A DNA stretch of 64,000 bases from Alphaproteobacteria bacterium (GTDB taxonomy: Bacteria > Pseudomonadota > Alphaproteobacteria > Bin95). The notes under the pieces are model-generated. The model was not told the DNA's origin and did no database searches. It worked only from the letters and a program-made list of their open reading frames with translations. Positions 50,598-59,293 of the stretch are shown in pieces. Both the position numbers and the translations under genes were made by a program. Location of the stretch: assembly GCA_965205265.1 (NCBI GenBank), contig CBDBGH010000003.1, forward strand, positions 800,001 through 864,000, given 5' to 3'. Position 1 is the stretch's first letter. The number at the start of each line of letters is the position of its first letter.

Positions 50598-50799
50598 GGG
50601 CGCAACGCTGGCTTCTGCTGTCACGTGGGCAACATCGAGATACGACGCGCAGACCACAGGTCGCACATGTCAGGTCAGCGGGTGGCGTAACTTGACATCC
50701 AGGAGCGGGTCAAGATTTCAGATTTGATATCTCGACCCATGGCCGCCCCCTCCGGCCGCCATGTGAATAGCACTCCATAGCGGCCACCTAAAGAAATTC

Positions 50800-51255
50800 G
50801 CATTTTATGTCATGAGATGTCATGATCTGCATGCGTAAGGCACATATCCCACTGCCTGTTCGGGCATAAGCTGCGGATATTTCATCCGGTTCCGGTAGCA
50901 TTCTGTCTTCGGCACAGATCCGTCCCTTCACTCCAGTTTCGTTCCATTCACCCCGCCGCCGACTGGCCGGCGGCGGGACCCTAATCCGCGCGTATCCCGC
51001 GTGCCGGCGCTCGCGCCCGCGGGCGCGCATTTCGTGGCGGCGCGAATCGCGCGCCTGATTGCCCGGGTGCGCCCGCGCGCGCGAGCCAAACGCAGGGCGC
51101 ACTTCACCCGCTGGCCGAATCGGGGGCTTTTTCGCGCCGGCGCCGACGCGGAGGACGAGGCGGCCTCCGGACACCGCCCATCCAGCCCAATATAGGTTCT
51201 GATTATTTTTGTCAACTATAATCAGGAATTATTACTAAAATTTAAGGAACAATAC
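50800..51255 (-). other. Dispersed non-coding element, copy B
   Basis: Reverse complement has an AT-rich TTGACA region, the same GC-rich core as 18217-18445, and the 61-bp terminal repeat (50809-50869). Confidence 0.8.
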
Positions 51256-51528
51256 TTCTTGTCCAGTCGCACACGCAATCCTGCCAAAGCGGAGCGCCTG
51301 CGTTTCCCCGCTAGGACGCCAATATCGGGGGCGACTCCGGGGCTGGGCCGTGCCGGAGTGCCGGGCACCGGCGGAAGGCGCGATTTTCCGGTCTTTGCCC
51401 TGACGCTTGCTTTGCGGTCGTTCCGGGATTGGACTACGCTTCCCCGAGACATCCGGTCCGGCGGAACCGGGTTCGGGAGCGCCGTCCAATCGGGGTGCGG
51501 CGGAACCATCGACGGGGAAGGACAAACC

Positions 51529-52527
51529 ATGAAGAAACTTCTGCGTCCGGTCGCGGCCATAGCCGCTTGCGCGCTGGCCGGCATCGCCGCGCATGCACAG
51601 GCGGCCGATGTCACGGTCGGCTACCAGCTCGTTTATGGGCCGTGGAAGGCCAAGATGGAGGAGCTCAAGGCGAACGGCCTCGGCGGCAAGAGCATCGAGT
51701 TCGTGAAATTCACCTCCGGCACCGAAGTCATCAACGCGATGGCGTCGGGCTCGGTGGACATCTCGCTCAACGGTTCGTCGCCGACGGCGGCGGGATACAG
51801 CCGGGGCGTCGATCTCCAGGTCATCTACATCTACGACAACATCAACAATGCCGAAGCGCTGGTCGTGGACGATTCCATCACCGCGCCGCAGGACCTCAAG
51901 GGGAAGACGATCGCGGTTCCGTTCGGCTCCACGACGCATTTCCACATGATGTTCGCGCTGGAGCAGTTCAACATCCCGACCGGGGACCTCGAAGTTCTCG
52001 ACATGTCGCCGCCGGACATGGTCGCGGCCTGGGAACGCGGCGACATCAATGGCGGGTTCGTCTGGGACCCGGCCCTCGGCCGCATGAAGGAAAAAGGCCG
52101 GGTGCTGCTGACCTCCGGCGATCTCAGCAATTGGGGCAAGGCCACCTTCGACGCCATGGTGGCGCGCAAGGGTTTCACGGACGAGAACCCCGAGTTCGCC
52201 TGCCAGTGGGTCAAGATGGTCTCGTCGGCCGACGCGGACTACCGCATGAACCCGGGGGCCTACGGGCCGGGCACGGACAATGCCATGGGGATCGCCAACG
52301 CGGTTTCCGGCAATGCGGACCAGGTGGGCGGCGTGCTGGCGCTCTACGACTATCCGACGCTTGAGGAACAGGTGTCGGCCACCTGGCTCGGCGGCGGGGT
52401 GCAGAACGCGCTGATGGCGGCCTCGGAGTTCCTGGTGTCGCAGGGCAAGCTGGATAGCGTCCTCGACGACTATTCCGCTTCCGCAACGCCCGAATTCGCC
52501 CAAATGGTTCTGGACGGCGGCTGCTGA
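51529..52527 (+). CDS. tauA: Taurine ABC transporter substrate-binding protein
   Basis: Signal peptide, VTVGYQ, AMASGSVD, GSSP, AEALV, VPFGSTTHF, WDPAL, TFDA. Confidence 0.85.
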   Translation: MKKLLRPVAAIAACALAGIAAHAQAADVTVGYQLVYGPWKAKMEELKANGLGGKSIEFVKFTSGTEVINAMASGSVDISLNGSSPTAAGYSRGVDLQVIYIYDNINNAEALVVDDSITAPQDLKGKTIAVPFGSTTHFHMMFALEQFNIPTGDLEVLDMSPPDMVAAWERGDINGGFVWDPALGRMKEKGRVLLTSGDLSNWGKATFDAMVARKGFTDENPEFACQWVKMVSSADADYRMNPGAYGPGTDNAMGIANAVSGNADQVGGVLALYDYPTLEEQVSATWLGGGVQNALMAASEFLVSQGKLDSVLDDYSASATPEFAQMVLDGGC

Positions 52528-52589
52528 ACGGCCTCGGGCTATCCGGCTTCCGGGCCGGGCAGCCTGCTTCGGCCTTCAGGCGCGCAGAC

Positions 52590-53390
52590 ATGACTGCGAT
52601 CGTCAGCCTCGATCGCGTGACCGTGGAGTTTCCGGCGGTGGAGGGCGAGGGTGTGGTCCGGGCGCTCGACAATGTGAGCCTGGACTTCCGCGACAACGAG
52701 TTCGTCGTCGCCCTCGGCGCGTCGGGCTGCGGCAAGACGACATTACTCAATGTCATAGCGGGCTTCCTGCAGCCGACCTCGGGCGAGGTCCTTCACAAGG
52801 ACACGCCGATCCGCGGCCCGGGACCCGACCGCGGCGTGGTCTTCCAGAAACATGCCCTTCTGCCCTGGCTCAATGTGCTGGAAAACACCGAGTTCGGGCT
52901 GAAGCTCCAGGGCGTTGCGAGGGAGGAACGCCTCTCCAGGGCGCGCGAATATCTGGCCCTGGTGGGCCTGTCGGACTTCGAGCGCTATCCGATCTACCAG
53001 CTTTCCGGAGGCATGCAGCAGCGCGTCGGCCTCGCCCGGGCCCTGACCTGCAATCCGGACATGCTGCTCATGGACGAGCCGCTGGGCGCGCTCGACGCCT
53101 TCACGCGGGAGAACATGCAGGAGCTGGTTCTGGATGCGTGGAGCAAGACCCGGAAGGTGGTGTTCTTCATCACGCACAGCGTCGAGGAAGCCCTGTTCAT
53201 GGCGACACGGCTGATCGTGATGTCGCCCAGGCCGGGCCGGATCACGCACAGCTACGATATCGACTTCTGCAACCGCTTCTTCGAGACCGGCAATGCGAGG
53301 GCGATCAAGTCGTCGCCGGACTTCATCGCGCTTCGCGAAGAGGTGTTGTCGATCATCTACGGCGAAGAGATCGGCGACGGACCGCCATGA
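52590..53390 (+). CDS. tauB: Taurine ABC ATPase
   Basis: [39 protein letters not shown]. Confidence 0.88.
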   Translation: MTAIVSLDRVTVEFPAVEGEGVVRALDNVSLDFRDNEFVVALGASGCGKTTLLNVIAGFLQPTSGEVLHKDTPIRGPGPDRGVVFQKHALLPWLNVLENTEFGLKLQGVAREERLSRAREYLALVGLSDFERYPIYQLSGGMQQRVGLARALTCNPDMLLMDEPLGALDAFTRENMQELVLDAWSKTRKVVFFITHSVEEALFMATRLIVMSPRPGRITHSYDIDFCNRFFETGNARAIKSSPDFIALREEVLSIIYGEEIGDGPP

Positions 53391-54280
53391 GGTCCGGAAT
53401 TTTCAGACGGCGCGCGGCGCAAGCGGTGGAGCAATACGGCGCGCCGGGGCGCGGCTCCGCCACCGTCATCAGCGCGGTCACCATCGTCCTGCTTCTCGGC
53501 GGCTGGTGGGCGGTCACGCAGCTCGGGCTGATCCGGCCCCTGTTCCTGCCGGCGCCCGAAATGGTGATCTCGAAATTCGCCAAGATCGCCTGCACCGACC
53601 ACTATTTCGAGCGGCTGCTGGTCACGGTCGGCGGCATGGAGAAGGTCGAGGCAAAGTGCTTCGGCTTCAGCGACCACGCGCTGCACGAGCACATTCTCTG
53701 GAGCCTCTACCGCGTTTTCGGCGCCTTTGCGCTGGCGACAGCGACCGCGGTCCCGATCGGCATCGCGATGGGCATGAACCGTCACGCGCGCGGCATTTTC
53801 GATCCACCCATCGAGTTCTACCGTCCGATCCCGCCGCTCGCCTACCTGCCGCTGACGATCATCTGGTTCGGGATCGGCGAGGGCGGCAAGCTGTTCCTGA
53901 TTTACCTCGCCTGTTTCGCGCCCATCGCCATCAACGCCCGCGCGGGCGTGCGCTCCGTGTCCATCGAGCAGATCCATGCGGCCTATTCGATGGGGGCGAG
54001 CCACCGCCAGGTCCTGCGCCAGGTCGTGCTGAAAGGCGCGCTTCCGGAGATCTTGACGGGCATGCGGGTCGCCATTGCGTTCGGATGGACGACGCTGGTC
54101 GCCGCCGAGATGGTGGCCGCCAAGGCCGGGATCGGCGTGATGGTGCTGAATGCCGCCCGGTTCCTCGCCACCGACATCGTGTTTCTCGGCATTATCGTCA
54201 TCGGCGCCGTGGCCTTCGTCTTCGACCTCATCATGCGCCGGATCGAACGGTCTCTCGTCCCGTGGAAGGGCAAGATATGA
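53387..54280 (+). CDS. tauC: Taurine ABC permease
   Basis: RPIPPLAYLPL, GWTTLVAAE, VPWKGK. Confidence 0.88.
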   Translation: MRSGIFRRRAAQAVEQYGAPGRGSATVISAVTIVLLLGGWWAVTQLGLIRPLFLPAPEMVISKFAKIACTDHYFERLLVTVGGMEKVEAKCFGFSDHALHEHILWSLYRVFGAFALATATAVPIGIAMGMNRHARGIFDPPIEFYRPIPPLAYLPLTIIWFGIGEGGKLFLIYLACFAPIAINARAGVRSVSIEQIHAAYSMGASHRQVLRQVVLKGALPEILTGMRVAIAFGWTTLVAAEMVAAKAGIGVMVLNAARFLATDIVFLGIIVIGAVAFVFDLIMRRIERSLVPWKGKI

Positions 54281-54990
54281 AGCTGCTCGTTTTCCAGCAT
54301 GTGGAGTGCGAACACCCCGGGTCGCTGCGCCGGCTACTGGCCCGGGACGGTGTCCAGTGGGATGCGGTCGAACTGGATGAGGGCGACGCCATTCCCGGCC
54401 TGGACGATTATGACGCGCTGTGGGTCATGGGGGGCCCGATGGACGTCTGGGACATCGAGGACAACCCTTGGCTGGTGGCCGAGAAAGCGGCGATCCGCCG
54501 ATGGGTGCAGGAGATGGGGAAGCCGTTTCTCGGCATCTGCCTCGGCCACCAGTTGCTGGCGGACGCGCTCGGCGGCACATGCGGCCCCCAGGCGCCGCCG
54601 GAGATCGGCATTCTGGACATCGAACTGACGGAGGACGGGCGCAACGACCCGCTGATGAAGGGATTGCCGGTCCGGCAGAAATGCCTCCAATGGCACGGCG
54701 TCCGGGTTGCCCAGGCCCCGGAAGGAGCCACGGTTCTCGCACGGTCCCCGCTATGCGCAATCCAGGCCATGCGGGTGAACGGGAACGCTTGGTCGATGCA
54801 GTACCATGTCGAGGTCGAGCGGGACACGGTGGAGAAGTGGGCCGCGATCCCCGATTATCTGGAAGACCTGGTCGAGGTAATGGGCGAAAACGGCGTTGCA
54901 GAGTTGCGCGCGGAGGCGGAGCGGGAAATGCCCGGCTTCCTCAGCGCCTCGGAGACCCTCTACGGGAACTTCATGGAGGCGGCCCGGTAA
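54277..54990 (+). CDS. Class I glutamine amidotransferase-like protein
   Basis: VMGGPM, GICLGHQ (nucleophile Cys), QYHVE. Confidence 0.88.
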   Translation: MKLLVFQHVECEHPGSLRRLLARDGVQWDAVELDEGDAIPGLDDYDALWVMGGPMDVWDIEDNPWLVAEKAAIRRWVQEMGKPFLGICLGHQLLADALGGTCGPQAPPEIGILDIELTEDGRNDPLMKGLPVRQKCLQWHGVRVAQAPEGATVLARSPLCAIQAMRVNGNAWSMQYHVEVERDTVEKWAAIPDYLEDLVEVMGENGVAELRAEAEREMPGFLSASETLYGNFMEAAR

Positions 54991-54997
54991 GGGGCGG

Positions 54998-55810
54998 TCA
55001 GACCGGCCGGTCGCCCTCCAGGATGATGCGCCAGAGCGTCCGGGAATGCCGGCGGTCGTAATCGCCGTGGGCCCGGTGCATCGCGGCGCGGTTGTCGCAG
55101 ACCACCATGTCGCCCTGCCGCCAGCGATGGCGATAGACGATGCCGTCATGGATCGTGCGGTCCAGCAGGTCCTGCATGAGTGCGCGCGAGGCCTCGGGCG
55201 TCATGTCCTCGATGTAATGCGCCTTGGAGATGTGGAAATAGAGCGCCTTCGAGCCGTGCTCGGGATGGGTGCGCATCATGGGATGGACGGCGGGGATGTC
55301 GTATTTCTCGCGGTCCTCCTTCAGCGTCCGGTCCAGAAGGTGCCGGTCGAGCCGGTTGACGGTCCGCAGGCCCGCCAGGCGCTGCTGCTCTTCGGCATCG
55401 AGGCCGTCTCAGGCCGCGCGCATGTTCGCGAAGCTGGTGTCGCCGCCCTCCGGCGGGATTTCCACGCCGTAGAGGATCGTCGCCTTGGGTGGGCGCTCGC
55501 GGTTGGTGTGGTCGGTGTGCCACATGGCCGCCGGGCGTTGGCCGTTGCGGTGCCAGATGCGCCCGATCATCGGCTGGTCGGGCATGTTGTGCTGGCTGAA
55601 ATGCTGCGCCATCGGCGCGCCGAGCTGCGAGCAGGCGGCCAGATACTCGGCCGGCGTGAAGGTCTGGTCGCGGAACACCAGCACGATGTGCTCGGCAAGC
55701 GCGGCGGCCACCGCGGCCCGGTCCTCCGGAGACAATGTCTCCCGCAGGTCGAGTCCGCGGATTTCCGCGCCGAGCGAGGGATGCAGCGGTTGCGGCGCCG
55801 GGATGGTCAT
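54998..55810 (-). pseudogene. TauD/TfdA dioxygenase with an in-frame TGA at 55409-55411
   Basis: WHTD...GGDTSFANMRAA*DGLDAEEQ...HPMMRTHP...HRWRQGD..DNR..MHR, all in one frame (271 codons). Confidence 0.85.
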
Positions 55811-55843
55811 GCGCGGCTCCTCATGGCTCCGTCCCCCCGGTCC

Positions 55844-57082
55844 TCACTCCGCGGCCTGGGCGGTGCGGGGCGGCCAATCGACCTGGCGGCGCATTTCGAG
55901 CCGCGCGATCTGCTGGCGGTGCACCTCGTCCGGGCCGTCGGCGAAGCGCAGCGCGCGCATCCGCGCCCACATGAAGGAGAGCTTGAAAGCCTGGCTCATC
56001 GCCCCGCCGCCATGGGCCTGCATGGCGTCGTCGATCACCTGCAGCGCCATGTTCGGCGCCGCCACCTTGATCATGGCGATTTCCTGCCGCGCGGCCTTGT
56101 TGCCGACCGTGTCCATCATGTAGGCGGCCTTGAGCGTCAGCAGGCGGCACATCTCGATATTGATGCGCGCATCGGCGACGCGCTCGCGGAAATTGTCGCG
56201 GTCGCCGACCGGCGTGCCCCAGGTCACCCGCTCGGTGCCGCGCCGGCACATCATCTCGAGCGCGCGCTCGGCCACGCCGATGATGCGCATGCAGTGGTGG
56301 ATGCGGCCGGGGCCGAGGCGGCCCTGCGCGATCTCGAAGCCGCGGCCCTCGCCGAGCAGCATGTTCGAGGCCGGCACGCGCACATCCTTGAAATCCACCT
56401 CGCCATGGCCGTGCGGCGCGTCGTCGAAGCCCATCACGTTCAGCATCCGCACGACCTCGATGCCGGGCGCGTCGGTCGGCACCAGAATCATGGACTGCTG
56501 GTTGTAGCGCGGGCCGGTCGGGTCGTTCTTGCCCATGAAGATGAGGATCTTGCAGCGCGGGTCGCCAATGCCGGAGGTCCACCATTTGCGCCCGTTGATG
56601 ACATATTCGTCGCCGTCGCGCTCGATCCGGCTCTCGATATTGGTGGCATCGGAGGAAGCGACGCGCGGCTCGGTCATGGCGAAGGCGGAGCGGATTTCGC
56701 CGGCCAGCAGCGGGTCCAGCCACTGCTTCTTCTGCTCCGGCGTGCCGTAGCGCTCCAGCACTTCCATATTGCCGGTGTCCGGCGCGGAGCAGTTGAACAC
56801 TTCCGGCGCCCAGTTGATCCGCCCCATGACCTCGCAGACCGGGGCGTATTCGAGATTGGTGAGGCCGCCGCCGAGCTCGCTTTCGGGTAGGAAGAGGTTC
56901 CAGAGCCCCTCCTCGCGCGCCTTCTCCTTCAGCTCCTCCAGGACCGGAATGACCTTCCAGCGGTTGTCGCCTTCCTCCAGCTGCTCGTAATAGACCTCCT
57001 CGTTCGGATAGACGTAGCGGTCCATGAAGTCCTGGACGCGGCCGACCAGCTCCTTGGTGCGGTCGTTGTATTCGAAGTCCAT
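55844..57082 (-). CDS. Acyl-CoA dehydrogenase
   Basis: [45 protein letters not shown]. Confidence 0.93.
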   Translation of the reverse strand: MDFEYNDRTKELVGRVQDFMDRYVYPNEEVYYEQLEEGDNRWKVIPVLEELKEKAREEGLWNLFLPESELGGGLTNLEYAPVCEVMGRINWAPEVFNCSAPDTGNMEVLERYGTPEQKKQWLDPLLAGEIRSAFAMTEPRVASSDATNIESRIERDGDEYVINGRKWWTSGIGDPRCKILIFMGKNDPTGPRYNQQSMILVPTDAPGIEVVRMLNVMGFDDAPHGHGEVDFKDVRVPASNMLLGEGRGFEIAQGRLGPGRIHHCMRIIGVAERALEMMCRRGTERVTWGTPVGDRDNFRERVADARINIEMCRLLTLKAAYMMDTVGNKAARQEIAMIKVAAPNMALQVIDDAMQAHGGGAMSQAFKLSFMWARMRALRFADGPDEVHRQQIARLEMRRQVDWPPRTAQAAE

Positions 57083-57158
57083 CGGGCGGGTTCCCTCTCC
57101 GGCGTTCACAGTCGGTCGGACGGACCCTAGCGCAAGACGGCGGGTCCCGGAAGCCGCG

Positions 57159-58169
57159 CTACCCCCTGCCGGCCAGTTCGCAGACGGTGGCGTAGAGCCT
57201 GTCTTCGACCGTAATGCCCTCTTCGGCCGTGCGGGCGCGGTTCGCAAGGCGCCGGTCGCCCGGCAGCCGCGCATCGCCGTCGGCAAGCAGCCGCTCGAAC
57301 AGCGCCTCGACATGCGCGCGGAACCCGGGGCCTGCCAGCCGGACCGGGTCGATGGCGACGAAGGACTGGCAGGTGTTGGCAGGCCCGCCGTCATCGTTGT
57401 AGGCGGCCCTGCTCTCATAGCCGAAGAACCCGCCGGAGAGGCCGCCCGTCATCAGTTCCACCATGAGCGCGATCGCCGAGCCCTTGTAGCCGCCGAACGG
57501 CAGTTGCACGCCTTTCAGGATCTCGGAGGGATCGGTGGTCGGCCGGCCGTCCGGGCCGAGGCCTGCGCCGGGCGGCGCCTCGTGGCCGTCGCGCGCCGCG
57601 ATCTGGAGTTCCCCCCGCGCGGTCGCCGAAGACGCCTGGTCGAAGGCCATCGGCGGCCGGCCGTCGGCGCGCGGACAGGCGAAGGCCATCGGATTGGTGC
57701 CGAACAGGGCCTGGGTGCCGCCAGCGGGCGCCACGAAGCTCTGCGAGTTTACGAAGGTGAACGCCACGAACCCCTCCTCGGCCAGGGGTTCGATATCCGG
57801 CCAGAGCGCAGAGAAATTGAGCGAGTTGCGGATCGTCATGCACGCGATGCCCTGGGAGCGGGCCTTCGCGGCCAGCAGCACGCGCCCACGCGCGACCGAC
57901 AGCGGCGCGAAGCAGCGCCGGCCGTCTATGGCGACGAGGCCCGGAGCGGCGTCCAGGATGTCCGGTTCCGCCTCCGGGTCCGCGCTGCCGCTGCGGACCG
58001 AGGCGATAAAGCCCGGCAGGCGGAAAAGGCCATGGCTCTTGCAGCCGTCGGCTTCCGCGCGGGTGATGTGGTCGGCGGTCTCCTCGGCCTGGGCGCGGCA
58101 GACGCCGGCGTTGGAAAAGGCGTCGAATGCAAGCGCGCGGCACTCCTCCAGCGAAATCGTGGCGGCCAT
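57159..58169 (-). CDS. Ldh_2 family oxidoreductase (ComC/DpkA-like)
   Basis: SHGLFRL, FGTNP, PFGGYKG, RLPGDR. Confidence 0.88.
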   Translation of the reverse strand: MAATISLEECRALAFDAFSNAGVCRAQAEETADHITRAEADGCKSHGLFRLPGFIASVRSGSADPEAEPDILDAAPGLVAIDGRRCFAPLSVARGRVLLAAKARSQGIACMTIRNSLNFSALWPDIEPLAEEGFVAFTFVNSQSFVAPAGGTQALFGTNPMAFACPRADGRPPMAFDQASSATARGELQIAARDGHEAPPGAGLGPDGRPTTDPSEILKGVQLPFGGYKGSAIALMVELMTGGLSGGFFGYESRAAYNDDGGPANTCQSFVAIDPVRLAGPGFRAHVEALFERLLADGDARLPGDRRLANRARTAEEGITVEDRLYATVCELAGRG

Positions 58170-58246
58170 GTTCGATCTTCCCCCATATGATTGCGAAGCC
58201 GGTTCCGCAGCATAGACTTGCCGTTTCGCGATGAGGAAGCCGTGAG

Positions 58247-58999
58247 ATGCGCATCCATTCCGAGGACCTTGGCGGGCATGTGGCGCTGGTGCGGATCGAG
58301 AACGAGGCGCGCCGCAACGCCATGACCCGCGCGATGATGGTCCGCCTCGCCGATCTCTGGGACGAGTTGGAGGCGGGGCCTGCGCGCGCCATCGTGCTCA
58401 CCGGCGCAGGCGATAAGGGCTTCTGCAGCGGCGCGGATGTCTCGGGAGACCTGTCGGCCTCGCCGGAGACGGCCGCGGCGGTGGCGCGCGCGCTGCTCAA
58501 GACGAAGCGCTACCGCAAGCCCATCGTGGCGGCCGTCAACGGCGACTGTGTCGCCGGCGGGGTCGAATTGCTGATCTCGACCGACTTGCGCGGCGCCGCG
58601 CCCCACGCCCGCTTCGGGCTGCCCGAGGTCAAATGGGGCATCTATCCCTTCGGCGGCGCGGCGACCAAGCTCGTGCGGCAGATCGGCCATGTGCATCTTA
58701 TGGACATGATCCTGACCGGCCGCCTGCTGGACGCGGAGGAAGCCCGCACCATCGGGTTGGTGAACGCGGTGCTGCCGGCCGGGGAGCTTTTGGACTGGGC
58801 GGTCGGGAAGGCGCGGTCGATCGCCGCCAATAGCCCGGCGGCCGTGCAGGCGGTCAAGGAGCAGATCACCGCCGGGCTGGAGGAATGGACGCTCTCCCAG
58901 GAAGCGCGCGAACAGGCGCTCGGCGACCGGGTGCGCGCCTCTCCCGACTTCCGGGAGGGTGTGGCCGCTTTCCTGGAGAAGCGCCGGCCTGAATATTAG
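58247..58999 (+). CDS. Enoyl-CoA hydratase/isomerase
   Basis: FCSGAD, AGGVE, GLPEVKWG, EGVAAFLEKR. Confidence 0.9.
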   Translation: MRIHSEDLGGHVALVRIENEARRNAMTRAMMVRLADLWDELEAGPARAIVLTGAGDKGFCSGADVSGDLSASPETAAAVARALLKTKRYRKPIVAAVNGDCVAGGVELLISTDLRGAAPHARFGLPEVKWGIYPFGGAATKLVRQIGHVHLMDMILTGRLLDAEEARTIGLVNAVLPAGELLDWAVGKARSIAANSPAAVQAVKEQITAGLEEWTLSQEAREQALGDRVRASPDFREGVAAFLEKRRPEY

Positions 59000-59134
59000 C
59001 CCGCGCCCCATGGACCTCCCGGCCCGCCTGCGCCATATGTTTGCCCCATTCGGCAGTCCGCCGCTAAGAGGCCGTTTGAAAATAGTGTCCATGCAAGGTC
59101 CGGTCCGGTTCCGTCATACCCGAACGCCGCTCCG

Positions 59135-59213
59135 CGTCATGCCCGGACTTGTTCCGGGCATCCATGCGGCCGCCCGGTGGAGAGAGATGCCCGGAACAAG
59201 TCCGGGCATGACG
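59135..59213. repeat. REP-like palindrome
   Basis: CGTCATGCCCGGACTTGTTCCGGGCATC...GATGCCCGGAACAAGTCCGGGCATGACG form a perfect inverted pair. Confidence 0.9.
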
Positions 59214-59293
59214 GGAAAAGGGACGGGGCAACGCCTCCAGCCCTGCCTTGAGGCACCCGGACGCCAATTCCCGAACGGACACCAGGGTCGCGC

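Noticed and set aside
55409-55411. Selenocysteine codon in TauD
   Set aside because: The position is aromatic, not Cys, in homologues, and there is no convincing SECIS hairpin downstream.
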